From Candidatus Bathyarchaeota archaeon (GTDB lineage: Archaea; Thermoproteota; Bathyarchaeia; 40CM-2-53-6; RBG-13-38-9): DNA of 64,000 nt. This document shows, one piece after another, positions 49,551 to 60,705 of this stretch. How positions within the stretch are numbered: position 1 is the stretch's first letter; every line of letters begins with the position of its first letter. The notes beneath the pieces were generated by a model. It was not told the origin of the DNA. It worked only from the letters and a program-made list of their open reading frames with translations, and did no database searches. The stretch lies in assembly GCA_963807605.1 (NCBI GenBank), contig CAWECG010000003.1, positions 960,001 to 1,024,000 on the forward strand, in the 5' to 3' direction. A program made the translations under genes and the position numbers.

Positions 49551-50114
49551 CTAGGACGCGTAATCTTCAGCCAGTTTTCTCTTCTCGGTGTTATTGCATC
49601 TTTCACATTTCAGGAGTCTTCGTCTTAAAGCGAGTGGATGGCCACAATTTGAACAATAGGCCTTCAGCACTCCCAGATTTGGTCCGACGGTCATAAGCCT
49701 GATGATGCCATCGGCAGTGCTTGCAACTTTGGCTCTAACTTGGTCTAGTTGCCTACAGACATCGGTCATGCTTCTTTCATAACTCGGGCTCGACGCTGAT
49801 ATGTGTAAAAGTCCAGTGAATGGTGTCGACAGAGCCTTGTCACCGATCTTGATGATGTCTATCACAGCCATCTTTTCCTGAACATGCGTCGCTACGCCTG
49901 TTACGATCCCTCCTTCCAAGGGTAGAGTTGGTGTCCTCCTAGGAACTACTGAAACAATCTTCCTTGATGGATCCGCTCTCGCGTTCCCAACGAACTGTGA
50001 ATATATGCTTCCGTCAATTTCGTATGTGCCTTCGCCGGGTGTGAATTCTTCGATAACCCCGAGTTTTGAGCCCGGAACTACGAATCTTTCACGATCGACA
50101 TTTCTTGTAGGCAT
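49551..50114 (-). CDS. csl4: Exosome RNA-binding subunit Csl4
   Basis: VVPG..LG..EEF.PGEG, LHIS, LGV..A.CSNCG, C..C...EKRK. Confidence 0.94.
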   Translation of the reverse strand: MPTRNVDRERFVVPGSKLGVIEEFTPGEGTYEIDGSIYSQFVGNARADPSRKIVSVVPRRTPTLPLEGGIVTGVATHVQEKMAVIDIIKIGDKALSTPFTGLLHISASSPSYERSMTDVCRQLDQVRAKVASTADGIIRLMTVGPNLGVLKAYCSNCGHPLALRRRLLKCERCNNTEKRKLAEDYAS

Positions 50115-50874
50115 GAATAGACTACCAGACCTTACTGGCTAACTACATTCGGTCCTGACTTCTCACGTTAGTTCTCAAAGTCGTCATATTAACATTGTTA
50201 TTCTGTTGTGTTTGTTCGCGTCTTCACGCGTGCGTCCCACTACTTTTCTTCTCCAAGGCTAAACAGCGACGCGTCTTAGATTAGGCAATTTGTTTTCGTT
50301 AAGCTTTTGTTGGGTTAGTCAGGTGTTCTTGGCTGAATCTAAAAGGTAACGCAGGTATTTCGCAAGCTCAGACTTTGGATGCTCAAGCACGCGCTTTAGC
50401 CTTCTTCGCTGATCTCTTTCGTCGAGTGAAAGTTGCCTGCCTAAAAATGATTTTGCCGAGTCTCTAAATTTAATTAGTCGTTTTTTTAGGAAATGAATAT
50501 ACATCTGTCGCCATGGTTGTGTTTACTCAGAAACTTCTCAGGGTACAGGCCTGACAGAGTAGCTCGGTCGCTTTTCCAATACCTGTACTTCGTCAGGATA
50601 ATCTTTTTTCGCCCTGTGGGAGAGCTCGTATTCCGAGAGCCATCTTTGTGGCATTTTTAGCCTGTTCATTCATGAGTTTTCGCTAAACTTCTGCAAGGCG
50701 TCTTGTGGCTTCTAATTTTCCAGCCATCTGTCACATGAGGATCTCGTACTGCTCCATCTTCTCCTGTATCTTCCGGAGGTCTAAGTCGGTAGTTCCAGAC
50801 ATGATATTCATTTTCTTAGCGATTCGGTACTGCTTCAAGAGTGTACGCACGCGCTGGCATGTCCAAGATTAGGT

Positions 50875-51498
50875 CTATCTGTTTATCGAATTGGATCTCA
50901 TGACGTAGAGGTCGACTTCAACGTCGTATTTTCTTCTTTTATGGAAGTCGTATGTTCTTGGTATCTGGAGTTCCATTTCGTAGAGGGCTTCTACGCTGCC
51001 GGAGTTCTTCTTTATCAGTTTGAGTAAGTAAAGTCGCGTACTTCGCTTATGTAAAGAGTAGGTTACGTCAGCTATCGAAAGGGCCTTTAGAAGGAATTTC
51101 CTATCAGCATGCTCCAATCTGGTTCCGAAGGGTGGATTCATTAACACGGTATCAAATGACCCTCGTATTGCGTCTATGTCAGAGTTTATCCAGAATATGC
51201 TATTCCGAGTCTGAAGGGACTTGGCGTTCTCCCTTGCGATTTGGATGCTGATCGGATCGATATCTACTGCTGTGACTTCTTTAGCTCCTAGGATGCTCGC
51301 CCCGATCGCGAGCCTTCCTGTGCCACATCCAAGATCTATGATGCTTTTGCTAGCAATGTCTCCGCGGATATTCGAAGCTATAGAGAGCATCTCAGCGGCT
51401 GTTCTAGAGGGTATGGTGTATTGTTCCAGCCAGACTTTCGGCCGGGGATGGACGATCAATCTGTCAAGTACAATCTCTATTTCCTTTCTACGGATCAT
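50875..51498 (-). CDS. METTL5-family methyltransferase
   Basis: LEQYTIP, DLGCGTG, MNPPFG, YSLHK. Confidence 0.93.
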   Translation of the reverse strand: MIRRKEIEIVLDRLIVHPRPKVWLEQYTIPSRTAAEMLSIASNIRGDIASKSIIDLGCGTGRLAIGASILGAKEVTAVDIDPISIQIARENAKSLQTRNSIFWINSDIDAIRGSFDTVLMNPPFGTRLEHADRKFLLKALSIADVTYSLHKRSTRLYLLKLIKKNSGSVEALYEMELQIPRTYDFHKRRKYDVEVDLYVMRSNSINR

Positions 51499-51533
51499 CG
51501 ATCAAATTTTTTCCTCGTCTTTAGAATTAAAGC

Positions 51534-52544
51534 TTAGAGTAAACCTTGGTCCACTAGATTCTCCCATGTCAATTCGCCGATCGCTACAAGCGCCTCTCTT
51601 GGCAACAAGATGGGCTTTGAGAATCTCTCAGCATCATCAAGAGCAAGTCTAGGGCAAGCCGTATTCACAAAAATCTGCACATCTTCAAAGTTCTGAACGG
51701 ATTCAGGCACAATTTCATCTGCAGCTATGATGACGACATTCTTACCTCGGCCCGAAATCATCTTCTTGAGTCTGATAACGCCCATAGGGTCGTATTGACC
51801 GGGTTTGGTTCCCATTACTATAGCAAAGTCCTTTGCTTTCTTTGCTTTGTCTATAGTTGCGTATCGACGTCGAATGATAGTTTCTCGTATCTTATTCATG
51901 TTTGTGACTTGATTTGAGTAAGGGTCTGCTTGGATAACAGGTTTCTTGACAGCCATCGCGGCTCCCAAACCGTGGAATCTGCTTCCAATGATGAGGAAGG
52001 CTTCAACCTTGTCAGCTATAGACTTTAGGGGCGTGTAGTCGCATCCAATGATCTGTCCACTATATATGTTGCGACCCCCCTTCGGTGTGACCACAACTTC
52101 TATCCCTAGCCTGTTCAAATAATCTCTGACGCCCTTGAGTTCATCTAGATGTTGAAGAGTTGTTGTGAGTCCAATCGTTCTCCAACCTGTGAGTTCTTGT
52201 TCTACCTTCTCGAGAACCGGCTTCAAATTCAGCTTTGATCTGGCGTCTAAGAAGACTACAGGTAGTCCATCAACGGCTGCAAATTGAGTGTGGCCATAAT
52301 GTACGATTAGATCTACGCCCAAGAGTATTGCTTGGTTGATTGCTATATCGCATGCTCCGTAACATGCGCTTGAAGATACGATCACGTCTGCCGAGGTTTT
52401 CTCCTCGATGATCTTTGAGAGTTTGGATGCTATGGGTTTGAGTCCGTCGGGAATCTGAATGAGGACTCTTCTTGCATTTCGTCTTGTTATTTCATCGAGC
52501 AAACGGTCTATCTCTAGGTCGTAATTGAGAGTCAACGGTGACAT
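51534..52544 (-). CDS. dph2: Diphthamide biosynthesis protein Dph2
   Basis: QIPDGLK, CYGACD, HYGH, GQIIGCD, NTACPR. Confidence 0.95.
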   Translation of the reverse strand: MSPLTLNYDLEIDRLLDEITRRNARRVLIQIPDGLKPIASKLSKIIEEKTSADVIVSSSACYGACDIAINQAILLGVDLIVHYGHTQFAAVDGLPVVFLDARSKLNLKPVLEKVEQELTGWRTIGLTTTLQHLDELKGVRDYLNRLGIEVVVTPKGGRNIYSGQIIGCDYTPLKSIADKVEAFLIIGSRFHGLGAAMAVKKPVIQADPYSNQVTNMNKIRETIIRRRYATIDKAKKAKDFAIVMGTKPGQYDPMGVIRLKKMISGRGKNVVIIAADEIVPESVQNFEDVQIFVNTACPRLALDDAERFSKPILLPREALVAIGELTWENLVDQGLL

Positions 52545-52612
52545 GTTCTATCCGTTTGGCTCTTACTGAGCCTAGAATAATATTGCAACTTATGATGATC
52601 TCTATTGACTGT

Positions 52613-53131
52613 TTAGGCCTCTATTTTTTGAGGGCTCTCAGCGAGTTTCTCGACTGCTATCCTACATGGCATCGGTAGTTTTTTTGAGCATTCGAATAGT
52701 GCTTCTTGGGCAAGTTTCAGGGTATTCTCATTCACGTAGATGTCAATCAGTTCTTGGTTTTGTGTCACCCTTGCAGCTCGGCTTGTGGGCTTACCGAAGG
52801 ATTTTCTCATGCCTTCTTGTAGCCTGTCAGCGCCTGCGGTGGCTATCATCTTATTCTCGCGAAGTACTACGTGTGGATAGATTCTAAGATGGAGAAGATA
52901 GCCTGTTTCTCCAAGCTTGTCGGTTAGCATTTTGTTGGCAGAAATTCTCGCAGCTTCTATGGCATTGTGGCGTATCTGCAGTCTTCCTTGGGAAATGAGT
53001 GTCACTTTATACTTGTAGTCTCCTTGGCCTCCCATCACATATTTCGAGATCTTTGATGCAGGTGAGCCATGGATATACTTGCCTCGTGTGTACGCTTGAC
53101 CTCTTGATGATCTATAGTTTCTCCCTTTCAT
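52613..53131 (-). CDS. rpl10e: 50S ribosomal protein uL16 (L10e)
   Basis: QIRHNAIEAARI, YPHVVLRENKM..AGADRLQ.GMR.SFGKP. Confidence 0.97.
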   Translation of the reverse strand: MKGRNYRSSRGQAYTRGKYIHGSPASKISKYVMGGQGDYKYKVTLISQGRLQIRHNAIEAARISANKMLTDKLGETGYLLHLRIYPHVVLRENKMIATAGADRLQEGMRKSFGKPTSRAARVTQNQELIDIYVNENTLKLAQEALFECSKKLPMPCRIAVEKLAESPQKIEA

Positions 53132-53202
53132 TTCGACTCGCCGATTCCAAGAATGACCATTCCGTCTTATTTAAACATCCAGACTGACATCTATTGTCTC
53201 CA

Positions 53203-53922
53203 TTACCTTCCCTGCTGTCCGTATATTCTTATTTTGTCAGCGGCTCTCCTTAGTACGCCTATAATAAGCGTCGCTTCCCTCTCTGAAATTAGGCCACGTG
53301 AGATTACATTGCTTAGAGCCCTTCTAGCGAGTGGGACTCTATGGTGAGGGAGGTGAACCATTCTTGCGAGGTCCTCATATGTCTCAAGCAGTCTTTCCCT
53401 GACTTCTTTGTCTGCATTTTCAATCGAGCTTATCCTTCTAGTTCTTGTTGTTTGAAGTTCGTAAAGTGTTATGGAGACTGCTGTGGCTATGTTAAGAGTC
53501 CTGTAACTGTTGCTCGTTGGGATATTTACAACCAGATCGCATCTTGCGATCTCGGTATTCAACAGGCCTTGGCTTTCCCTGCCGAAAAGTATCGCGGCTC
53601 TGCTTTTCACGTTAACAGCCTTTCGAGCAAACTCCCTTAAAGTGAGCACTCTTCTGTTAAGGTTTGATCGACTATTTGCAACGATCGCTGTGGTTGCTAC
53701 AGCGTAGTCGCATTTGTCGAGCGCATCTTCAAGATTCGAGACTACTTTCGCTTTGGCCAGGAGGTCTTGAGCGTGGCTAGCTAGCATCCTAGCTTCTAAA
53801 CCGAGTTCTGCCTGTGGATTTACAAGCCAAAGGTCATCATATCCAAAGTTCTTCATTGCTCGGGCGATTAGTCCGATATTTCCATCGTGCTCTGGCTCTA
53901 CGAGGACCACTCGGGTTTTCAA
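53203..53922 (-). CDS. trmJ: TrmJ-type SPOUT RNA methyltransferase
   Basis: VEPE..GNIG.IARAMKNFG, FGRES.GL, LNIATAV. Confidence 0.92.
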   Translation of the reverse strand: MKTRVVLVEPEHDGNIGLIARAMKNFGYDDLWLVNPQAELGLEARMLASHAQDLLAKAKVVSNLEDALDKCDYAVATTAIVANSRSNLNRRVLTLREFARKAVNVKSRAAILFGRESQGLLNTEIARCDLVVNIPTSNSYRTLNIATAVSITLYELQTTRTRRISSIENADKEVRERLLETYEDLARMVHLPHHRVPLARRALSNVISRGLISEREATLIIGVLRRAADKIRIYGQQGR

Positions 53923-53937
53923 CTGATATCACTGAGT

Positions 53938-54759
53938 CTATCGGGAGAGGGTCTCTTTTCGGGCTACCAGGATAGGGGTGAGACCTCGAGCTATTTCCTC
54001 AAACTCCTCTACAGATAACTGAAAGACTCTCTTATCGAGAATACCCAACTCATAGATCTCCTTTGGAAAGGACTGGGTTCTATCTCGGAGATAGTGTTTG
54101 AGGGAGACTCTAAGGGTCCTCCTCCTCTGAGTGAATAATCCTCTGACGACATCGACGAAAGGCTCCTCATCAATTCCTTTCGTAGTATCTCCAAGTGTAA
54201 CCTTTATGATTGCTGAGTCGACCTTGGGTCTTGGGTTGAAAGCATCTCTGGAGATGTAGTCTAGTATCTCTGCGCGGGCTTTGTGAGCGATCATGACTGT
54301 TAGTCTACCGTAGTCTTTCGTCCCCGGTTTGGCGACTAATCTCTCAGCAAACTCCTTCTGGAGCGCTAGGATAATGGTCTGGCATCTGCGCCTTAGAAGA
54401 AGGAATAGTAGTTTTGAAGAGATGTTGTATGGGGGAGTCGCTACGACTTTGTCGTAGTCTGGGAGGTCTATCTTCAAGATATCTCCTGTTATTATCTCGA
54501 CTTTTGGATTGTTCAGAAACTTTCTACTTAGAAACTCAACTAATGCAGGATCCTTCTCTACTGCTATGACCTTCTTTGCCTTAGTCTGGAGAAGCTGTGT
54601 GAGGCCGCCCAGCCCAGGGCCAACTTCAAGAACGATGTCGTCGGGCGAGATCTCTGCGTAAGACGCTATCTTCTCAAGCCATCTCTTATCTGTTAGGAAG
54701 TTCTGGCCGAATCTTTTCTTTGGTACGAATGAGGTTGGGAGGCCTCTTGCATACATCAA
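53938..54759 (-). CDS. rsmA: 16S rRNA dimethyladenosine transferase KsgA/RsmA
   Basis: GQNFL, EVGPG.G.LT, PYNISS, QKEFAERL, F.PRPKVDS. Confidence 0.96.
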   Translation of the reverse strand: MMYARGLPTSFVPKKRFGQNFLTDKRWLEKIASYAEISPDDIVLEVGPGLGGLTQLLQTKAKKVIAVEKDPALVEFLSRKFLNNPKVEIITGDILKIDLPDYDKVVATPPYNISSKLLFLLLRRRCQTIILALQKEFAERLVAKPGTKDYGRLTVMIAHKARAEILDYISRDAFNPRPKVDSAIIKVTLGDTTKGIDEEPFVDVVRGLFTQRRRTLRVSLKHYLRDRTQSFPKEIYELGILDKRVFQLSVEEFEEIARGLTPILVARKETLSR

Positions 54760-55382
54760 GTTGCCCTTACGAACAGTCTGTATTTCGACTCGCCAATTAA
54801 TTCTTCTACGATTCTCTTAGCGATCGTCCTCGCAGGATCGGTTATTCCAGCTCGAGTCTGGATATCTTTGAAACTCTCGAATGGTTTCTTCTCTCTCGTA
54901 TCGATGACGTGCCACATTGACTTCTTTCCTATGCCTGGGAGAAGCTCAAGTGAATGCATTCTGGGAGTGATCGGTTGGGCTCTGTTAAAGAAATCCACAA
55001 AGTCACCTTCACGTTTCTCAACCAGCTCCTCAAGCATCGATGGAATCTCTACCTTAGCTGTGGCCGTCAACTCATCGTAGCTTATTCTTCCTATGATTCT
55101 CTCGACCTTGTCACGCTTATCTTTGCCGACGTACAGCCTTTCGTGAAGGAGCACGTCGATCCCATGTTTAGGTTCTAACTCAAGCAATGTGAAGTAACTC
55201 TCCCCCACTGCTTGGACTGTTGGAGCGGCCATATGCCGGTATCTATCATGAGTAAGTCTTCCTGTTGGAAGGTAATCGAGAACGTAAGCATACTCCTCAT
55301 ACGTTCTTCTCGCGGAGACATCATACTCAGGGTCTCTTTGATCTAATCTCCTGTCTCCGTATTGTTTTGTAGGAATTGACAT
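54756..55382 (-). CDS. DUF655 RNA-binding protein
   Basis: EEYAYVLDYL, FTLLE, FFN.A.PIT.RMH.LELLPGIGKK. Confidence 0.93.
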   Translation of the reverse strand: MSIPTKQYGDRRLDQRDPEYDVSARRTYEEYAYVLDYLPTGRLTHDRYRHMAAPTVQAVGESYFTLLELEPKHGIDVLLHERLYVGKDKRDKVERIIGRISYDELTATAKVEIPSMLEELVEKREGDFVDFFNRAQPITPRMHSLELLPGIGKKSMWHVIDTREKKPFESFKDIQTRAGITDPARTIAKRIVEELIGESKYRLFVRAT

Positions 55383-55703
55383 ACTCTTCCTCCCGCAGCT
55401 TGGATTATTCAAAAAGCACTCTAAGATCTGAGAACTATATTCGTCGGTCCGGACAGCATGCGACGTATGTTGCTGTAGGAGGGTGGCTCCAATAGTGTTA
55501 CTTCCAACTCCTAGAAGGTGTGCTTCTTTAAGAAAAGGTTTTCCTTAGATCTAGACTTCTCTGGGGAGAAAGGCGACAATTCGGAATCCCGCTTCGCATT
55601 TAGTCAGTCGAAGGAGGTAGATTCTCCGCAAAGGGCGATATGCCAAGTATCTTGGTCTTGAAACGGTTGAATATGTGGGGTCGAGCTGCAAATTGGCCAT
55701 TTT

Positions 55704-56252
55704 TTAGAGAATTTTGGTGATTTGGTCCACGCTGTTTACCTTTCGGTACTTCTTCATCACCCTTCTCTTAAGCTCGGTCCCGCATACCTCACATTTTCTG
55801 TCGAGGTAGTTATGAGGGTATCTCCTGAAACATGCCGGACAGTAAAATGACCAATTGAACTCGTAGCTTATGCCGAAGGTTGCTAGAAAGGTGTAGCTGA
55901 GACCCAAGTGCTCAGCAACGTTCTGTATTGCATAGTCGTCGCTGACTATTACAGGATTTCTTCCCTCCATTCTCAGGTCGAGGCTCAGGGCAAGTATCTT
56001 GAGGTCGGCTTTCGAGAGGGCATCTCTCTCTCCAAGCTTTAACGATGCCTTCCTCACAGCCCCGTAAGAGGACGGTAGTGGTTCTCTCACCAGTAAGCTT
56101 CCATTATCTCTAGATGTAGAGAACCTTAACGCCGGCATACTCTTGGGTGGCAACTCAGACTCGACCTCAGGAACTGAATAGGCTTGACCCTTGATCATCG
56201 ACGGATTGATTCCCATGATCAGGGCCGATGTATCAAGTACGTGTATTGTCAT
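55704..56252 (-). CDS. nob1: Nob1 PIN-domain rRNA maturation endonuclease
   Basis: VLDTSA, LS.ADL, SDDYAIQN, CPAC..CEVCG. Confidence 0.93.
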   Translation of the reverse strand: MTIHVLDTSALIMGINPSMIKGQAYSVPEVESELPPKSMPALRFSTSRDNGSLLVREPLPSSYGAVRKASLKLGERDALSKADLKILALSLDLRMEGRNPVIVSDDYAIQNVAEHLGLSYTFLATFGISYEFNWSFYCPACFRRYPHNYLDRKCEVCGTELKRRVMKKYRKVNSVDQITKIL

Positions 56253-57105
56253 CCTCTCTCGCGCTCCATCTTTGCGGACGTGCTAGGGTTCGGTTCAAGA
56301 AGGAAGAGTTCAGCCTAACGAAGACAGCTTTGTTCTTAGACTTTCTGATGGTCAAGAAACTGCCAGGTGGTAGATGTTTCGTGTAGCGGCCGTCGACTGT
56401 AATTACAGCTCTCAGCTTAGGGTCTGCCAATCTAACTTGAAGATCGCCTATCGAGGAGAAGACGAGTGCACGGACGTAGTCTGACGGACAGATGAATACC
56501 GCGGTGAAGGCATCAAGAGAAGTCTGTAATACTGGGCCGCCAGCCGAGAGAGCATGAGCCGTTGAGCCCGTCGGTGTGGCAATAATAAGGCCGTCAGCCC
56601 TCTGGTCCACTAGATTTCCGTTATCGTGCTTCAATTCAAAATGGAGCATCTTCCAAGAAGTTGCAGGAGTTATAAGGACTTCATTGAGCCCATCTATCAA
56701 CAATTTATCTTCAAAGTAAATCGACAATTTGGAATGTTCTTGTAGGCCGTGTTTCCCAAGCAGACACTCTTTTAGAGCTTTGAGCGCATTTTCAGGTTCG
56801 ACCTCCGTCAAATATCCGCGTCTTCCCATATTGACAGCCAATATTGGCGTCTCAGGTTTCTGGATGCTCATGATCGTCTTCAGGACCGTTCCATCCCCAC
56901 CAATGGTAACGATAAGGTCAGCATTCATCTCGGTGAGAGATACGCCTCCATCGATATTCTTCAATCTTGCAAATTCAATTTCGGGCAGAGCATTGACTCT
57001 GTTAGATTTCAGGTATCTATGAAGATTCGTCGCCAGCCCCAGAGCATCTTCGCTGTCTAGGCGTGGAACAATCCCGACACTCCTGAACAATAGTGTCACC
57101 TGCAA
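56233..57105 (-). CDS. nadK: NAD kinase
   Basis: GGDGT, NE, DGLIIATPTGSTA..SAGGP. Confidence 0.95.
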   Translation of the reverse strand: MQVTLLFRSVGIVPRLDSEDALGLATNLHRYLKSNRVNALPEIEFARLKNIDGGVSLTEMNADLIVTIGGDGTVLKTIMSIQKPETPILAVNMGRRGYLTEVEPENALKALKECLLGKHGLQEHSKLSIYFEDKLLIDGLNEVLITPATSWKMLHFELKHDNGNLVDQRADGLIIATPTGSTAHALSAGGPVLQTSLDAFTAVFICPSDYVRALVFSSIGDLQVRLADPKLRAVITVDGRYTKHLPPGSFLTIRKSKNKAVFVRLNSSFLNRTLARPQRWSAREDDNTRT

Positions 57106-57222
57106 TCTTTGAGAGTGCTAAATGTTATAGTTGCGACTCTAACCTTAAGAGGTTATGTCAGACCGCCCAAAGTCTTTTAGCCTGTTAATGTAGACTGGAA
57201 TCGAGACGCTGAGGAGATCCTG

Positions 57223-57615
57223 ATGAGCAAGCCCACCGATGTAGGAAGCATAAAGGTAGGCCAGTACATAGTTATAGACAATGAACCCTGCAGAGTAGTG
57301 GAGTACGAGAAGAGCAAACCGGGCAAGCATGGGGCTGCGAAGGCAAGGATCGTAGCTATGGGAATCTTCACTGAGCAGAAGAGAAACGTCATAAGTCCGG
57401 TCGATGCAAAGATCGACGTACCTGTCATAGAGAAGCGAAGTGGGCAAGTGCTAGCTCTGATGAGCGAGATGGTTCAAATAATGGACCTTGAGAGCTACGA
57501 GACTTTTGAGACGCCTCTTCCAAAAGAGACGGAACTTAGATCTAAAATGAATTCTGGGGTAGAAGTCGAGTACTGGAAGATGGCTGGCGGGATTAAGATA
57601 ATAAGAACTAAGTGA
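57223..57615 (+). CDS. eif5a: Translation factor aIF5A
   Basis: KSKPGKHGAAK hypusine motif. Confidence 0.98.
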   Translation: MSKPTDVGSIKVGQYIVIDNEPCRVVEYEKSKPGKHGAAKARIVAMGIFTEQKRNVISPVDAKIDVPVIEKRSGQVLALMSEMVQIMDLESYETFETPLPKETELRSKMNSGVEVEYWKMAGGIKIIRTK

Positions 57616-57663
57616 TCTTTGTAGCAACCCCTCATTTTCTGGGGCAGGATTTGGGTTGAAGAG

Positions 57664-58596
57664 ATGCCCTACGTAAGACAGATGAAGATAAGGCCTGGGA
57701 TGCGACTCACAGATGTCATAAGAGAGATGAGTAGAGCAGGCGTTTTGGGAGCTGGAAGGTTTGCCCGGGCCGTCGATATTGTAAGAGAGATATTCAATAA
57801 GGACTACACTTGCTTTCTCTCGTTAGCTGGCCCTGTGGTGGCCGGTGGACTTAGACTAATAATACGAGACCTAATACATTATGATTATTTGGACGCTGTG
57901 ATCTCAACGGGCGCCAATATGACTCATGACGTCATAGAGGCACTGGGATACAAGCACAGCATTGGAACAGCAGCCGCAAGGGACGCCTCCCTAAGGGAAA
58001 AAGGGATCGGCCGAATATACGACATAAACATAGGCATGAAGGCCTTCGAGGGCCTTGAGAGATGGACCTACAGATTTCTAGATAAACTACCAGAAGAGAT
58101 GAGAATTGGTGTGGCCGGATATGAGCTCCTGTGGGAGATTGGAAGAAATCTCAAAGATGAGAATTCCATCTTGAAGGCAGCTTACAAGAAAAAAGTTCCC
58201 ATAGTCTGCCCCGCCCTACAAGATTCGATGCTTGGAATGAACCTGTGGACCTATAGTACGTTAAGGAAGCTCACAATAAACCAATTCAAAGATCTTACGA
58301 AACTCACCGAGATCTCTTCTGAGGCAGAGAAGGTCGGGGCAATAATCATCGGCGGTGGCGTGCCCAAACACCACCTCTTGATAGCTAACATTCTAAGAGG
58401 AGGGGTTGACGTAGCTGTTCAGATAACGATGGATCGACCCGAAGCAGGCGGTTTCAGTGGCGCCCCTCTTGAGGAGGCCATAAGCTGGCGGAAGATCCGA
58501 AACGAGAAAAAAATTGTTACTCTAATAAGCGACGCAACAATAGCCTTCCCCTTAATAGTGGCCGCTGCGCTAGACACCAAACAGAGAAACCGCTGA
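57664..58596 (+). CDS. dys: Deoxyhypusine synthase
   Basis: STGAN..HD, GGGVPKH, GGFSGAPLEEAISW.K, DATIAFP; adjacent to aIF5A. Confidence 0.96.
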   Translation: MPYVRQMKIRPGMRLTDVIREMSRAGVLGAGRFARAVDIVREIFNKDYTCFLSLAGPVVAGGLRLIIRDLIHYDYLDAVISTGANMTHDVIEALGYKHSIGTAAARDASLREKGIGRIYDINIGMKAFEGLERWTYRFLDKLPEEMRIGVAGYELLWEIGRNLKDENSILKAAYKKKVPIVCPALQDSMLGMNLWTYSTLRKLTINQFKDLTKLTEISSEAEKVGAIIIGGGVPKHHLLIANILRGGVDVAVQITMDRPEAGGFSGAPLEEAISWRKIRNEKKIVTLISDATIAFPLIVAAALDTKQRNR

Positions 58597-58633
58597 ACTA
58601 ATTCAGAGAAAAATAGATTCTGAAAATTGACTG

Positions 58634-59974
58634 GTGAATTCGTTGAGTGCACTTGACAGTTTAGGGAAGTCACTCGGCGACGCTGTTAAAAAACTCCTCA
58701 GGTTGCCAATAGTTGACGAAAAAGCCATAAAAGAATTAGTCAAAGACCTCCAGCGAATCCTCCTGGCAGCAGATGTCAACGTCAATCTTGTTCTCCAGAT
58801 CTCAAAGAACGTGGAGGAGAGATCCCTAAAGGAAACTCTTCCACCAGGCGTATCACGAAGAGAACACGTCATAAAAGTGCTTTACGAAGAGATAACACGC
58901 TTTCTCGGTGAAAAGCCGACAAAGCTCTCTCTCGAGCCAGGTCACACAACGACAATAATGCTAGTCGGTATCCAAGGAAGCGGAAAGACAACTGGTGCAG
59001 TAAAGCTTGCAAGGTTCTATCAGAAGCGCGGACTCAAAACAGCGATAGTATGCACAGACACGTTCAGGCCTGGGGCCTTCGAGCAGCTCAAACAACTAGC
59101 CGACCGAGTAGGTATTGTAACCTTCGGACTGAAAGACGAGACTAAACCTGAGAGAATAGCTCGAGAAGGTTTGGGGACTCTCGGTAAAGGGGGCTTCGAC
59201 GTCATCATAATAGACACCGCAGGACGACACAAGAACGAGAAAGACCTCATGGAAGAGATGTGCAGACTCTCAGATGCCATAAAGCCCGACGAGGTCATGC
59301 TAGTCATAGATGGAACGATTGGTCAACAAGCAACGACACAGGCCGCGGCCTTCAACAGTTCAACCCCAATAGGATCTATATACGTGACAAAACTGGACGG
59401 TTCTGCCAAAGGCGGCGGCGCCCTCTCAGCCGTTGCAGCCACAGGCTCAAAGATCAAATTCATCGGCACAGGAGAAAAGATTGAGGACATTGAACAATTC
59501 ATCCCGGCGAACTTCGTCGGAAGGCTCATGGGGATGGGCGACATTCAAGCCCTTGTTGAACGAGTGAAAGAAGCTGAACTCAGTCTTCCAAAAGGGAAGG
59601 CAAAGGACATACTTCATGGCAAATTCACACTCAAAGACTTGTATGACCAAATGGAAGCCATCAGAAAGATGGGTCCCCTAAAGAAGATCTGGAGTATGGT
59701 TCCCGGAGGCTACAATCTCCCCGAAGAGATGGCTGAAGTCGCCGAGAAGAGGCTGGACTCTTGGAGGGTCATAATTCAATCAATGCGCCTCGAAGAGATT
59801 GAGAACCCCAAGATGATCGATTCCTCAAGGACACGACGAATAGCAAGAGGGTCTGGAAAGAGCGAAAGAGACGTAAAGGAACTCCTGAGCCAGCATGCAA
59901 CGATGAGAAGAATGATGAAGTCGATGAGAAGACAGCAATCCAAACTAATTAGAAAACTCCCCTTCCAGACTTAA
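58634..59974 (+). CDS. srp54: Signal recognition particle protein SRP54
   Basis: [26 protein letters not shown], Met-rich M domain. Confidence 0.98.
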   Translation: MNSLSALDSLGKSLGDAVKKLLRLPIVDEKAIKELVKDLQRILLAADVNVNLVLQISKNVEERSLKETLPPGVSRREHVIKVLYEEITRFLGEKPTKLSLEPGHTTTIMLVGIQGSGKTTGAVKLARFYQKRGLKTAIVCTDTFRPGAFEQLKQLADRVGIVTFGLKDETKPERIAREGLGTLGKGGFDVIIIDTAGRHKNEKDLMEEMCRLSDAIKPDEVMLVIDGTIGQQATTQAAAFNSSTPIGSIYVTKLDGSAKGGGALSAVAATGSKIKFIGTGEKIEDIEQFIPANFVGRLMGMGDIQALVERVKEAELSLPKGKAKDILHGKFTLKDLYDQMEAIRKMGPLKKIWSMVPGGYNLPEEMAEVAEKRLDSWRVIIQSMRLEEIENPKMIDSSRTRRIARGSGKSERDVKELLSQHATMRRMMKSMRRQQSKLIRKLPFQT

Positions 59975-60059
59975 AACAGGACTTGGGAATTGTTTATAAG
60001 AAGACTACACGAAAAGGGTTGAAGTTCTCCCGACACAAACGAGCTAGAGATGGATCATA

Positions 60060-60356
60060 ATGGTAAGAAAGTCCAAAGGTTACCGACGAGATACTAGACA
60101 ACTCTTCAGGAAGAAGCCACGCCAGAGAGGCAAGATCGGGCTGAGCAGACTCCTACAACCCTACAGGATCGGAGATCGCGTAGTCATAAAGGTTGAACCT
60201 AGCCTCCACAAAGGTATGCCGTATAAAAGGTTTCACGGAAGAGTCGGCGTTGTTAAACAGCAACGTGGAAGGAGTTACATGGTAACCGTAACCTCAGGGG
60301 GGAAAGAGAAACAGGTCATTGCACGACCTGAACATCTTAGACCCTTCACGGGATGA
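60060..60356 (+). CDS. rpl21e: 50S ribosomal protein L21e
   Basis: KGYRR.TR, HKGMP.KRFHG, RPEHL. Confidence 0.97.
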   Translation: MVRKSKGYRRDTRQLFRKKPRQRGKIGLSRLLQPYRIGDRVVIKVEPSLHKGMPYKRFHGRVGVVKQQRGRSYMVTVTSGGKEKQVIARPEHLRPFTG

Positions 60357-60360
60357 GCTT

Positions 60361-60705
60361 ATGCCAAGAAAGATCCTTGATGGGACTGAAGCAACGATTG
60401 CCGAGGCAAGAAGGTTCCTTGAACGGGCCGACGTGGAAGAGCTGGGAGAGTTTCAGAAGAGAGTTCTTGAGTACACTCAGAAATTCTCGAAATTGAAAGC
60501 TGACAGAGCGCGAAAGCTCACCGGAGAATTAACATCTAATTTTGGCATTGAGAAGAAAGAAGCAATCCAAGTAGCGAATTGCATGCCTCAGACCACAGGG
60601 GAACTGAGATCCGTATTATCAGTCAAGGGAAAGATCCTCAGTACAGAACAGCTTCAAGAGATGCTCAAAGTCATAGACAAGTTCAGAGAAAAGGAAAAAG
60701 AATAG
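60361..60705 (+). CDS. rpoF: RNA polymerase subunit F (Rpo4)
   Basis: FQKRVLEY..KFSK, AIQVANCMP.T..ELRSVL; follows L21e. Confidence 0.92.
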   Translation: MPRKILDGTEATIAEARRFLERADVEELGEFQKRVLEYTQKFSKLKADRARKLTGELTSNFGIEKKEAIQVANCMPQTTGELRSVLSVKGKILSTEQLQEMLKVIDKFREKEKE

